Below, piece by piece: positions 1 through 6,849 of a DNA stretch of 49,722 nt. Source of the DNA: a bacterium CG2_30_37_16 (GTDB taxonomy: Bacteria > Patescibacteriota > CPR2). The stretch is taken from the NCBI GenBank assembly GCA_001872945.1, contig MNYC01000030.1, positions 1 through 49,722 on the forward strand, read 5' to 3'. Within the stretch, counting starts at the first letter, position 1. Every line of letters begins with the position of its first letter. Both the position numbers and the translations under genes were made by a program. A model generated the notes under the pieces. The model was not told the DNA's origin and made no database searches. It was given only the letters and a program-made list of their open reading frames with translations.

Positions 1-84
1 TTTTAAAAAATGATTCTTAGGAATAATACTATCATAAAGGAAGTCTCCAAAAAATGAATCGGTGGAATGTTTTTTAAAAGCCAT
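1..84 (-). CDS. Partial ORF running off the left edge (MAFKKHSTDSFFGDFLYDSIIPKNHFLK...). It may be a DUF772-type (IS5/IS1182-like) transposase N-terminus.
   Basis: ATG at 84-82 on the minus strand, preceded by GGAGGG (complement of 89-94) with a 4-nt spacer. Only 28 codons are visible. The YDxxIPxxHFL pattern resembles transposase N-termini from memory only. Confidence 0.25.
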   Translation of the reverse strand, partial: MAFKKHSTDSFFGDFLYDSIIPKNHFLK

Positions 85-274
85 CTAACCCTCCAAAATT
101 AATAACTAACTTATTTATATTTTAGCTTCCTAAGGCCAAAATGTCAATCATTTTAGGGGCGCTTTCTAAGTTATTTAATGAGCCTTTTTTTATGTTTTTT
201 AGACAGCTTTTTTTCAAGAAATTTTAAAAAAGTAAGGATTTTGGGGAGTTTTTCAACGGTCTCTTAAAAGGTAA

Positions 275-303
275 TTGACTAAGTACTAAAAATTTGGTAC
301 TAT
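275..303 (+). promoter_or_regulatory. Putative sigma70-type promoter of rplU
   Basis: TTGACT (275-280), 17-nt spacer, TGG+TACTAT extended -10 (295-303). SD AAGGAA at 319-324 precedes ATG 330. Confidence 0.5.
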
Positions 304-329
304 ATTGACGTTATTTTTAAGGAAATTCT

Positions 330-695
330 ATGGCAAATGAAGAGAAAACAGCAGTAAAAACTAAAAAAATTACTCCTTCGAGCGATATGTTTGCAGTTAT
401 CGAAAGTGGAAGTAAACAATATTTGGTTAAAGAAGGTAATACAATTCAAGTTGAATTGGTTGAGCTTGAAGAAGGTAAAGAATTAAACTTTGAAGTTCTT
501 CTTGTCGGAAATGCAAAAGAAGTAAGAGTTGGTAAGCCGTTTGTCGCCGGAGCTAAAGTTAAATCCAAGGTTAAGGGTGATGTTAAGGGTGAAAAGCTTA
601 TTGTTTTTAAATACAAGCCGAAGAAAAATTCCAGAACTAAAAACGGACACAGGCAAAAATATACCGAACTAGAAATAGTAAAAATCGAAATGTAA
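330..695 (+). CDS. rplU: 50S ribosomal protein L21 with a ~19-aa Lys-rich N-terminal extension
   Basis: MFAVIESGSKQYLVKEGNTI... KPKKNSRTKNGHRQKYT is a typical L21 sequence. The canonical Met lies at 387, and an SD supports the 330 start. Confidence 0.93.
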   Translation: MANEEKTAVKTKKITPSSDMFAVIESGSKQYLVKEGNTIQVELVELEEGKELNFEVLLVGNAKEVRVGKPFVAGAKVKSKVKGDVKGEKLIVFKYKPKKNSRTKNGHRQKYTELEIVKIEM

Positions 696-698
696 AAT

Positions 699-721
699 CC
701 GCCCCATAAGGGCGGTTTTTT
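699..721 (+). terminator. Rho-independent terminator after rplU
   Basis: CCGCCC-cataa-GGGCGG hairpin (699-715) followed by a T-run (716-721). Confidence 0.85.
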
Positions 722-735
722 GATACACTTAAGAC

Positions 736-1260
736 ATGGAAAAAATTACTTCAAGAATAATAACGATTATATTTATCGCAATCTTTTTATTCCAATCATT
801 TAAAGATGAGAGGGCTGTAGCGCACACGAAGAAAAGCCGAACTACCAACAATTCAGCTATGGTTTCAAGAGTAATTGATGGGGATACTATAGAACTTTCA
901 ACCGGAGAAAAGGTAAGATATATTGGCATAAATACTCCGGAAACAGTCCATCCAAGTAAGGCCGTCCAGTGCTTTGGCGAAGAAGCGGCGGCAAAAAATA
1001 AGGAATTAGTGTTAGGTAAAGAGGTGATTCTAAAAAAAGATGTATCCAATAAAGATAAATATGGAAGACTTCTAAGATACGTTTATCTAAATGACGGTAC
1101 TATGGTTAACAATTTACTGGTTAAAAATGGCTATGCTTTTGCCTCTGCTTATCCCCCCGATATTAAATATCAACTGACATTTGAATCATCTGAGAAAGAG
1201 GCAAGAGAAAATAATTTGGGACTTTGGGAAAACATCTGTGACTATACAGACGCCAAATGA
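736..1260 (+). CDS. Secreted or membrane-anchored thermonuclease (staphylococcal nuclease/SNase family)
   Basis: N-terminal hydrophobic segment IITIIFIAIFLF, then VIDGDTIEL...VRYIGINTPE...GRLLRYVYL...NGYA...ARENNLGLW, a typical SNase fold signature. Confidence 0.85.
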   Translation: MEKITSRIITIIFIAIFLFQSFKDERAVAHTKKSRTTNNSAMVSRVIDGDTIELSTGEKVRYIGINTPETVHPSKAVQCFGEEAAAKNKELVLGKEVILKKDVSNKDKYGRLLRYVYLNDGTMVNNLLVKNGYAFASAYPPDIKYQLTFESSEKEARENNLGLWENICDYTDAK

Positions 1261-1271
1261 TGCTTCTTGAA

Positions 1272-1501
1272 CTTCTCCCTCCCACTAAACCATGGTATTT
1301 ATTGTTCGACTCCTCGTAGGGGGTGGAGAACCCTTCGACAAGCTCTCCTTGAGTCTGGTTCCACTGAGTCACCACGAAGCGAGCGACTTCGGAGTCGAAG
1401 ACAGGACGGGTTTGAAGCTTCATACTTCAGAGCTTTGTTGCACTTCGCTCGTCATACGACCCGTCTGGGAAGAATATCATGAGACAGCGGGAAGGGAGAA
1501 G
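1272..1501. ncRNA. Candidate structured RNA of unassigned class (strand not determined)
   Basis: G+C-rich island: 64 of 120 bases are G/C in 1321-1440, against 16 of 60 in 1501-1560. Nested helices are 1272-1283/1489-1501 (12 bp, one bulge), 1305-1313/1391-1399 (9 bp perfect), 1405-1411/1459-1465 (7 bp) and 1325-1329/1344-1348. Only mutually overlapping, family-less ORFs occur here. Confidence 0.5.
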
Positions 1502-1540
1502 CGCTTGATGTTTATTATTACAATATTTACAGAATATTGC

Positions 1541-1568
1541 TTTACGCCATTTTTACTAATGCTATAAT
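1541..1568 (+). promoter_or_regulatory. Putative promoter giving a leaderless mRNA for the 1575 ORF
   Basis: TTTACG (1541-1546), 16-nt spacer, TGc+TATAAT (1560-1568). The ATG at 1575 lies 7 nt after the -10 and has no SD. Confidence 0.45.
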
Positions 1569-1574
1569 GCGCAT

Positions 1575-1772
1575 ATGCTTAAATATAGACTTATGATTGT
1601 TCTAAATATTTTTCTTCTAGCCATAATTGTTGTAGCTTTTGTGAAAATATTTGATTTTCATTTTTTGCAAAATAACCTTGCTTTAATTGGGGCGGCCGTA
1701 TGTGGTCCCCTAGCGTTACTTGCAAAAAGAAAAATAACGGCAGGAAAAAACGTGGAAGAAACTGAAGATTAA
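1575..1772 (+). CDS. Small hypothetical membrane protein (65 aa, two hydrophobic segments)
   Basis: ORF with hydrophobic stretches LMIVLNIFLLAIIVVAFV and LALIGAAVCGPLALLA. It has a promoter directly upstream and a terminator directly downstream. Confidence 0.5.
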   Translation: MLKYRLMIVLNIFLLAIIVVAFVKIFDFHFLQNNLALIGAAVCGPLALLAKRKITAGKNVEETED

Positions 1773-1803
1773 AAAAAGCCGTGGACTAATGTCCAGGCTT
1801 TTT
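1771..1803. terminator. Bidirectional intrinsic terminator between convergent small ORFs
   Basis: AAAAAAAGCC(g)TGGAC-taat-GTCCAGGCTTTTT: an A-run on the 5' side and a T-run on the 3' side of a GC-containing hairpin. Confidence 0.6.
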
Positions 1804-2007
1804 GAGTGCGTAGCGACTGAATCCCCAAATAATGGTTCCAACAAAAAACATCAATAAAAAGATCAATGTCCGGGTAACAATTTCATCTTGAGCAAACAAA
1901 TAGATACCAACAAATATTCCCATAATTGCTGATTGAACGGACAATGAGTTTTGAAATAATTTTCTGCCAACTGTCAATGCATTGCTTGATAGAAAAAGGA
2001 TAATCAA
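1786..2007 (-). CDS. Small hypothetical membrane protein (73 aa)
   Basis: ORF with two hydrophobic segments (SAIMGIFVGIYLFA, LIFLLMFFVGTIIWGF). No recognisable family. Confidence 0.45.
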   Translation of the reverse strand: MIILFLSSNALTVGRKLFQNSLSVQSAIMGIFVGIYLFAQDEIVTRTLIFLLMFFVGTIIWGFSRYALKKPGH

Positions 2008-2025
2008 TATTATGAAAGCTAGTAT

Positions 2026-2235
2026 CTAATTATAATTTTCGCTGTCAAACAAATCAATGCTGCTAAAAAAAGAATGCTGATAACTGCAAATTCTGGCAAG
2101 CAAATTGTAATTTAACGAGATAAGTCCCGAAACAACGACTCCGAAAACTAACATAATTATAACGTCTATCAGTATCTCTTTTGCCCATTTCTTTTTATCG
2201 CCGGTAAACCCCTCCTGTTTTCTCATCGTATACAC
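2026..2235 (-). CDS. Small hypothetical membrane protein (69 aa)
   Basis: ORF with one central TM segment (ILIDVIIMLVFGVVVSGLISL). No recognisable family. Confidence 0.45.
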   Translation of the reverse strand: MYTMRKQEGFTGDKKKWAKEILIDVIIMLVFGVVVSGLISLNYNLLARICSYQHSFFSSIDLFDSENYN

Positions 2236-2341
2236 CGCCTTTTGTCAATATACAAACGCTTTCTTTACCTTTTATATTATAGACTAAAGGCCAATTGTCA
2301 AATATTACATCGACTAAAAAATAACAACGCCCCGATTTTAA

Positions 2342-2370
2342 TTGCGGAAACGCTGTTTTTAAGATAGAAT
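2342..2370 (+). promoter_or_regulatory. Putative promoter of parA (near-leaderless)
   Basis: TTGCGG (2342-2347), 17-nt spacer, TAGAAT (2365-2370). The ATG at 2379 is only 9 nt after the -10 and has no SD. Confidence 0.45.
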
Positions 2371-2378
2371 TATTCCAT

Positions 2379-3146
2379 ATGATTACAATTGCGTTAACAA
2401 ATCAAAAGGGTGGGGTTGGCAAAACAACAACCGCAATAAATCTAGCAGCCTATATGGGCAGAATGGACCATCGTATATTGCTTATAGACCTTGATCCGCA
2501 AGCTAATTCATCGAGTGGACTGGGTATAGATAAAAGGGTTAAGAAAAATAGTTTATATGAGATTCTGACCGATCAAGCCCCCATAACTGACACTGTCTTA
2601 AAAATGGAGTCAAAGAATGTCTTTATGATTCCTTCCGATCCGGTTTTGGCAGCTGCCGAGGTTGAACTTGTTAGCGTCATCAATAGAGAATTTCGACTGA
2701 AAAAAGCTTTGGAAGACGTCCAAGAAAAATTTGATTATTGTATTATTGATTGTCCGCCATCTTTGAGCCTGCTTACTATTAACGGTTTAGTTGCAGCAGA
2801 TAAGGTCATTATTCCCGTTCAAAGTGAATATTATGCTCTTGAGGGATTAGGGCATCTTTTACATACTATTGACCTAGTGAAGATGAATTTAAATCCATAT
2901 CTTGATATTTTAGGTATTGTGCTTACAATGTATGATCATAGGACGGTGCTATCCAACCAGGTTAAAGAAGAAGTAAGGAAGCATTTTTTAGATAAATTAT
3001 TCGTTTCCGTAATTCCGAGGAATGTAAGACTAGCAGAAGCGCCAAGCCACGGTAAAAGCATTCTGCAATATGATAGATTTTGCAAGGGAGCTTCAGCATA
3101 TAAAAATTTAGCGAAGGAGGTAATAAAGAGATGTCAAAAGGATTAG
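2379..3146 (+). CDS. parA: Chromosome partitioning ATPase ParA/Soj
   Basis: Deviant Walker A NQKGGVGKTTTAINLAAY, LLIDLDPQANSS, IIDCPPSL, and pairing with parB. Confidence 0.93.
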   Translation: MITIALTNQKGGVGKTTTAINLAAYMGRMDHRILLIDLDPQANSSSGLGIDKRVKKNSLYEILTDQAPITDTVLKMESKNVFMIPSDPVLAAAEVELVSVINREFRLKKALEDVQEKFDYCIIDCPPSLSLLTINGLVAADKVIIPVQSEYYALEGLGHLLHTIDLVKMNLNPYLDILGIVLTMYDHRTVLSNQVKEEVRKHFLDKLFVSVIPRNVRLAEAPSHGKSILQYDRFCKGASAYKNLAKEVIKRCQKD

Positions 3147-3967
3147 GTAGAGGACTAGATTCTCTAATACCAACAAGCCCATTAGTTGAAAGAACAATTG
3201 GATTAAAACCGGCGGATATTACAGAAATTAATGTCGAAAAAGTTAGCCCAAATCCAAATCAGCCAAGATACACTTTCGACGAAGAATCATTGAAAGAACT
3301 AGCGAGTTCAATTAAGGAGCATGGCGTAATTCAGCCTTTAATTGTAACCAAAAAGGGTGCGGAATATGAGCTTATAGCCGGCGAACGAAGACTGCGCGCG
3401 GCAAAAATTGCCGGCCTAAAAACGGTGCCAGTTGTTGTAAGAACTTATAGCGAACAACAAAAGCTGGAAGTGTCTATTATAGAAAATATTCAAAGGCACG
3501 ATTTAAATCCGCTTGAAGAAGCAATGGCCTACCAAAGACTGGTAGACGACTTTAATTTGACTCAAGAAGAAGTAGCACAAAAGATGGGTCGAAGCCGGTC
3601 GGCTATTGCCAATACTCTTAGACTTCTAAATTTGCCCATCGAAATTAAAAGAGGACTGGTTGACGGTAAAATTACCGAGGGCCATGCCAGGGCCATTCTT
3701 GCCATCCCAGAACCAGCCAAACAGCTTGCTCTATACGAACAAATAGTGAGTCAAAAATTAAACGTCCGATCGGTTGAAGAGAAAGCCAAGGTTATTACCA
3801 CTAAACAAAGCACGGAGGTATCTAAAACCTTTTCTGATTTAGAAAGTAAATTGAGAGACGCAATAGGCTCCAAAATAAAAATCCAACCCTCCAAAAAAGG
3901 CGGGAAAATTATTATAGAATACTACGGAGAAGAAGAATTAGAACGAATTATTAATCTTTTTGATTAG
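3131..3967 (+). CDS. parB: Chromosome partitioning protein ParB/Spo0J
   Basis: NPNQPR, GVIQPLIV, GERRLRAAKIAGL and an HTH region (LTQEEVAQKMGRSRSAIANTLRLL). It overlaps the end of parA. Confidence 0.93.
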   Translation: MSKGLGRGLDSLIPTSPLVERTIGLKPADITEINVEKVSPNPNQPRYTFDEESLKELASSIKEHGVIQPLIVTKKGAEYELIAGERRLRAAKIAGLKTVPVVVRTYSEQQKLEVSIIENIQRHDLNPLEEAMAYQRLVDDFNLTQEEVAQKMGRSRSAIANTLRLLNLPIEIKRGLVDGKITEGHARAILAIPEPAKQLALYEQIVSQKLNVRSVEEKAKVITTKQSTEVSKTFSDLESKLRDAIGSKIKIQPSKKGGKIIIEYYGEEELERIINLFD

Positions 3968-4614
3968 TTTCCGGTGTTATATATGGGAGTCGAAATTCTG
4001 CTATATTTAGGCAGTAGCCTCAACCAAGTTTTTCCAACTATGTGGTCTCTTTTTAATATGCCCCATTCTCTAGAATCGGAACTTTCGCCGGGTGCTCTGT
4101 TGTCACCAATAACATAAAATTCGTCCGCCTGAAGATCCCTGACCTGGTTTCCAAGTGTCTGGCCTTTAAACTGACTATCAATATAATTTTCGTTTAGTAT
4201 TGTAAAATCGCTTGAACTTTTTGATTTGACGTACACATTGCCGCCTTCCACCTTAACGGTATCTCCGGGAGTTCCAATAACTCTCTTAATATAATTTCGG
4301 CACGGTTCTTTTGTAAAAAGTTTCGCAAAGAAATTTTCTCCTACAAAAATATCACACTCCGGCGTGGGGTGCTTTAATACAATAACCTCACCTCGTCTTG
4401 GTTGTCTGAAATGATAAGTAAATTCGTCAATAATTAAATAATCGTTGTTTTGGAAGGATGGTTCCATTGATGAACCAACAACATAAAAAGGCTGAACAAC
4501 AAAATTTCTTATTGAGACTATTATGATGACTATGATGATTACCGTTTTGAAAATTTCCAGTAATATCGAAACACTGTCGTTTTTTAGCATATTAATAGTA
4601 TATGAATAAAACAC
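3964..4614 (-). CDS. lepB: Signal peptidase I
   Basis: N-terminal TM segment, then VVGSSMEPSF (catalytic Ser box), RGEVIV, YIKRVIG and GDNRAPGESSDSREWG boxes. Confidence 0.9.
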   Translation of the reverse strand: MFYSYTINMLKNDSVSILLEIFKTVIIIVIIIVSIRNFVVQPFYVVGSSMEPSFQNNDYLIIDEFTYHFRQPRRGEVIVLKHPTPECDIFVGENFFAKLFTKEPCRNYIKRVIGTPGDTVKVEGGNVYVKSKSSSDFTILNENYIDSQFKGQTLGNQVRDLQADEFYVIGDNRAPGESSDSREWGILKRDHIVGKTWLRLLPKYSRISTPIYNTGN

Positions 4615-4667
4615 TTGGATTTCAATGAAATTTTTTCTATAATAATAAAGTTAATTTATATGGAGCC

Positions 4668-6038
4668 ATGGTAAATAAAGGAAAAAGAGTCACACTAGAA
4701 AAAAATTCATCAAAAAAGATCGAATTGGACAAAATTAATAACCCTAAAAAAAAGATTAAGAAAAAATGGTCAAGAAAAAAGAAGATCGTCCTTTTTTTGC
4801 TATTATTTTTTTTATCCGGCATAAGTTTCTTTACATGGAGAGTGTGGAGCTCAGTCGAGAAAATATTTAGTAACGGATTAAATCCGTTTACGATTCTTGC
4901 TAATCTTAGGCCAACGGCCTTAGCGGGCGAGGGCGATGGAAGGACCAATATTCTTTTACTAGGTAATGGCGACCCGGATTGGCCCGGCGCCGATCTTACG
5001 GATACTGTAATGATTGCCAGTATAAATACGAGAGATAATAGCGTTCTCTTAATATCTATTCCCCGTGATTTTTATGTTAAGATAGATAACCACGGTTGGG
5101 ACAAAATAAACTCGGCTTACGTCTACGGTGAGCAATATAAAAAAGGTGGCGGACCCCAGTCTATCGAAAATGCCGTTTCCGACGTTTTAGATATCCCCAT
5201 CCATTATTATGCAAAGGTAGATTTTACAGCGTTTAAAAAAGCTATTGATGCGGTCGGCGGCGTCTCCATAACTCCCTCAGAAGATCTTTATGATCCTTAT
5301 TATCCGGGCGGAACCGTCAATTTTGATGGCGGCAAGACTTACTCTATGAAAGGGGATTTGGCCTTAAAATATGCAAGATCCAGGCAGACTACATCGGATT
5401 TCGATAGAGCCAGACGTCAGCAGGAAGTAATGATCGCATTAAAAGAAAAAGCGCTGTCGCTTGGTACATTGTCCAATCCCAAAACAGTGTTAGATCTAAT
5501 CGGAATAATGGGCGACCATGTTAGAACCGATCTTCAACCCAACGAAATAAAAAGAATAATGGATATCTCAAAAGAATTGAATAGCGGTAAAATAAATAGT
5601 GCTGTTATTGACGGCGAAAACACAAAATTGGCAACAACCGGTATGATTGGTGATGCCTCCTGCGTATTTCCCGTTGCCGGAATTGGCAAATACGCGGACA
5701 TCCAAGACTATATATATGATCTTCTATCCAATAAGAAGCCTGAAATCAACTTTAAAAACGAGCACGCTTCAATATTAATTGAAAACGGCACGAGAACCGG
5801 AGGACTCGCTACTAAAGCAAAAACCGGCTTAGAAGACGCAGGATTTGCCGACCTTTCTGTTGGCAATGCTGATGCTCAAAACTATTCTAAGACTAAAATT
5901 TACGATTATTCCGGTGGGAAAAAATCGGCAACAATCAAGAATTTAGAGAAATATTTTGGAGTAACGGCCACTAAAGGTACCGGCAGCGATTATGACATAA
6001 TAATTATTATCGGGAAAGATTATGCAACAAAAAATTAA
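4668..6038 (+). CDS. LytR-CpsA-Psr (LCP) family cell-envelope phosphotransferase with a C-terminal LytR_C-like domain
   Basis: Lys-rich N-terminus plus a TM segment, then NILLLG...ADLTDTVMIASIN...ISIPRDFYV...INSAYVYG...RSRQTTSDFDRARRQQEV. Confidence 0.85.
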   Translation: MVNKGKRVTLEKNSSKKIELDKINNPKKKIKKKWSRKKKIVLFLLLFFLSGISFFTWRVWSSVEKIFSNGLNPFTILANLRPTALAGEGDGRTNILLLGNGDPDWPGADLTDTVMIASINTRDNSVLLISIPRDFYVKIDNHGWDKINSAYVYGEQYKKGGGPQSIENAVSDVLDIPIHYYAKVDFTAFKKAIDAVGGVSITPSEDLYDPYYPGGTVNFDGGKTYSMKGDLALKYARSRQTTSDFDRARRQQEVMIALKEKALSLGTLSNPKTVLDLIGIMGDHVRTDLQPNEIKRIMDISKELNSGKINSAVIDGENTKLATTGMIGDASCVFPVAGIGKYADIQDYIYDLLSNKKPEINFKNEHASILIENGTRTGGLATKAKTGLEDAGFADLSVGNADAQNYSKTKIYDYSGGKKSATIKNLEKYFGVTATKGTGSDYDIIIIIGKDYATKN

Positions 6039-6828
6039 TTACATTTTAAGCTATTTCTCAGCATTAATTTTGATAATTACTATTATTTATCCGATGGAAC
6101 ATAGCATGAAACCTTTCTGGATATTTTTAATAGCTTCCTTATTGTTAAACTTAGCTTACACGATTTATATAATCGGTCTAAAATGGGTTGATTTAAAAAA
6201 TAAATGGGATTTTCTATTTTTCCCTTTTCTTTTAAATATAAGCGCCTATTTCTTTATTACGTATTTCCCAAGTTTAACCGTCCAAATACCACTGGCTTTG
6301 TTTTTTGGATTTTCCCTAAATTTGGTTTACAATTCCTTGGTTGCCATTAAACACAAAAAATTGGCTTTGCCGGTTACATACAGGAACTTGCTAATGTCCT
6401 TGTCAATTATTGTGGTTTTCCTGTGCTCGTCGCTGCTCATCAATATTTCATTATATTGGACTTTAGATTTGCTCTATTTATTCTTGTCGCATGTCGCCTT
6501 GTTGTATATAATCGGTCATTTTTTAATAAAACATATGCTTGTTGCTCCAAATAAGTATTCTAGTCTATATAACGCTATTATTAGTTTAATTATTTCCGAA
6601 ATCGCCACAGTATCAACTTTCTGGTCCGTAAATTATCCCAAACAGGGTGCCGGGGCCGGAATTCCCATTGGTGCAATATTTGTTTTAATTGCCTATTATG
6701 TAATTTGGGGACTGGTATATTATATGATTGAAGGAAGACTAACCAAAAAAGTTACAATTGAGTTTTCGTTTATTGGTGCATTTTCATTTGTAGCTGTGAT
6801 ACTTACTACTAACTGGCTACCATTATAA
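6022..6828 (+). CDS. Polytopic integral membrane protein of unknown function
   Basis: 268-aa ORF that is almost entirely hydrophobic helices. It overlaps the end of the LCP gene. Confidence 0.6.
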   Translation: MQQKINYILSYFSALILIITIIYPMEHSMKPFWIFLIASLLLNLAYTIYIIGLKWVDLKNKWDFLFFPFLLNISAYFFITYFPSLTVQIPLALFFGFSLNLVYNSLVAIKHKKLALPVTYRNLLMSLSIIVVFLCSSLLINISLYWTLDLLYLFLSHVALLYIIGHFLIKHMLVAPNKYSSLYNAIISLIISEIATVSTFWSVNYPKQGAGAGIPIGAIFVLIAYYVIWGLVYYMIEGRLTKKVTIEFSFIGAFSFVAVILTTNWLPL

Positions 6829-6849
6829 GCGATAAGGAGGGATTTAAAA

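Noticed and set aside
1319-1339. GGGGGTGGAGAACCCTTCGAC resembles the 5' end of tmRNA (GGGGCTGATTCTGGATTCGAC), which suggested an ssrA gene.
   Set aside because: There is no complementary CACCCCC(A)CCA 3' acceptor strand, no T-arm GGTTCGAATCC-type element, and no plausible tag reading frame (no ...AA-stop peptide) downstream on either strand. Permuted two-piece layouts did not fit either. It is kept only as an unclassified RNA candidate.
1319-1410. Strings reminiscent of a cobalamin riboswitch core appear in the right order (GGTGGAGAACC, CCACTG, AGTCGAAGAC).
   Set aside because: The B12-box end is GACAGGAC, not GACCTGCC. The GGGAAGGC element between CCACTG and the box is missing. About 90 structured nt follow where P1 should close. 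The downstream gene is an unrelated miniprotein with its own promoter. A covariance-model scan is needed before any such call.
1163-1567. Track ORFs 1163..1423 (-), 1267..1482 (+) and 1292..1567 (+).
   Set aside because: They overlap each other in a G+C-rich patch where stop codons are rare. They have no SD, no recognisable family and odd composition (Arg/Ser/Leu-rich). They are better explained by the structured-RNA candidate.
2236-3967. Looked for a parS site (TGTTNCACGTGAAACA-like palindrome) in and around parAB.
   Set aside because: I did not spot a convincing match by eye, so no feature is reported. A pattern search allowing 2-3 mismatches across the whole window is needed.
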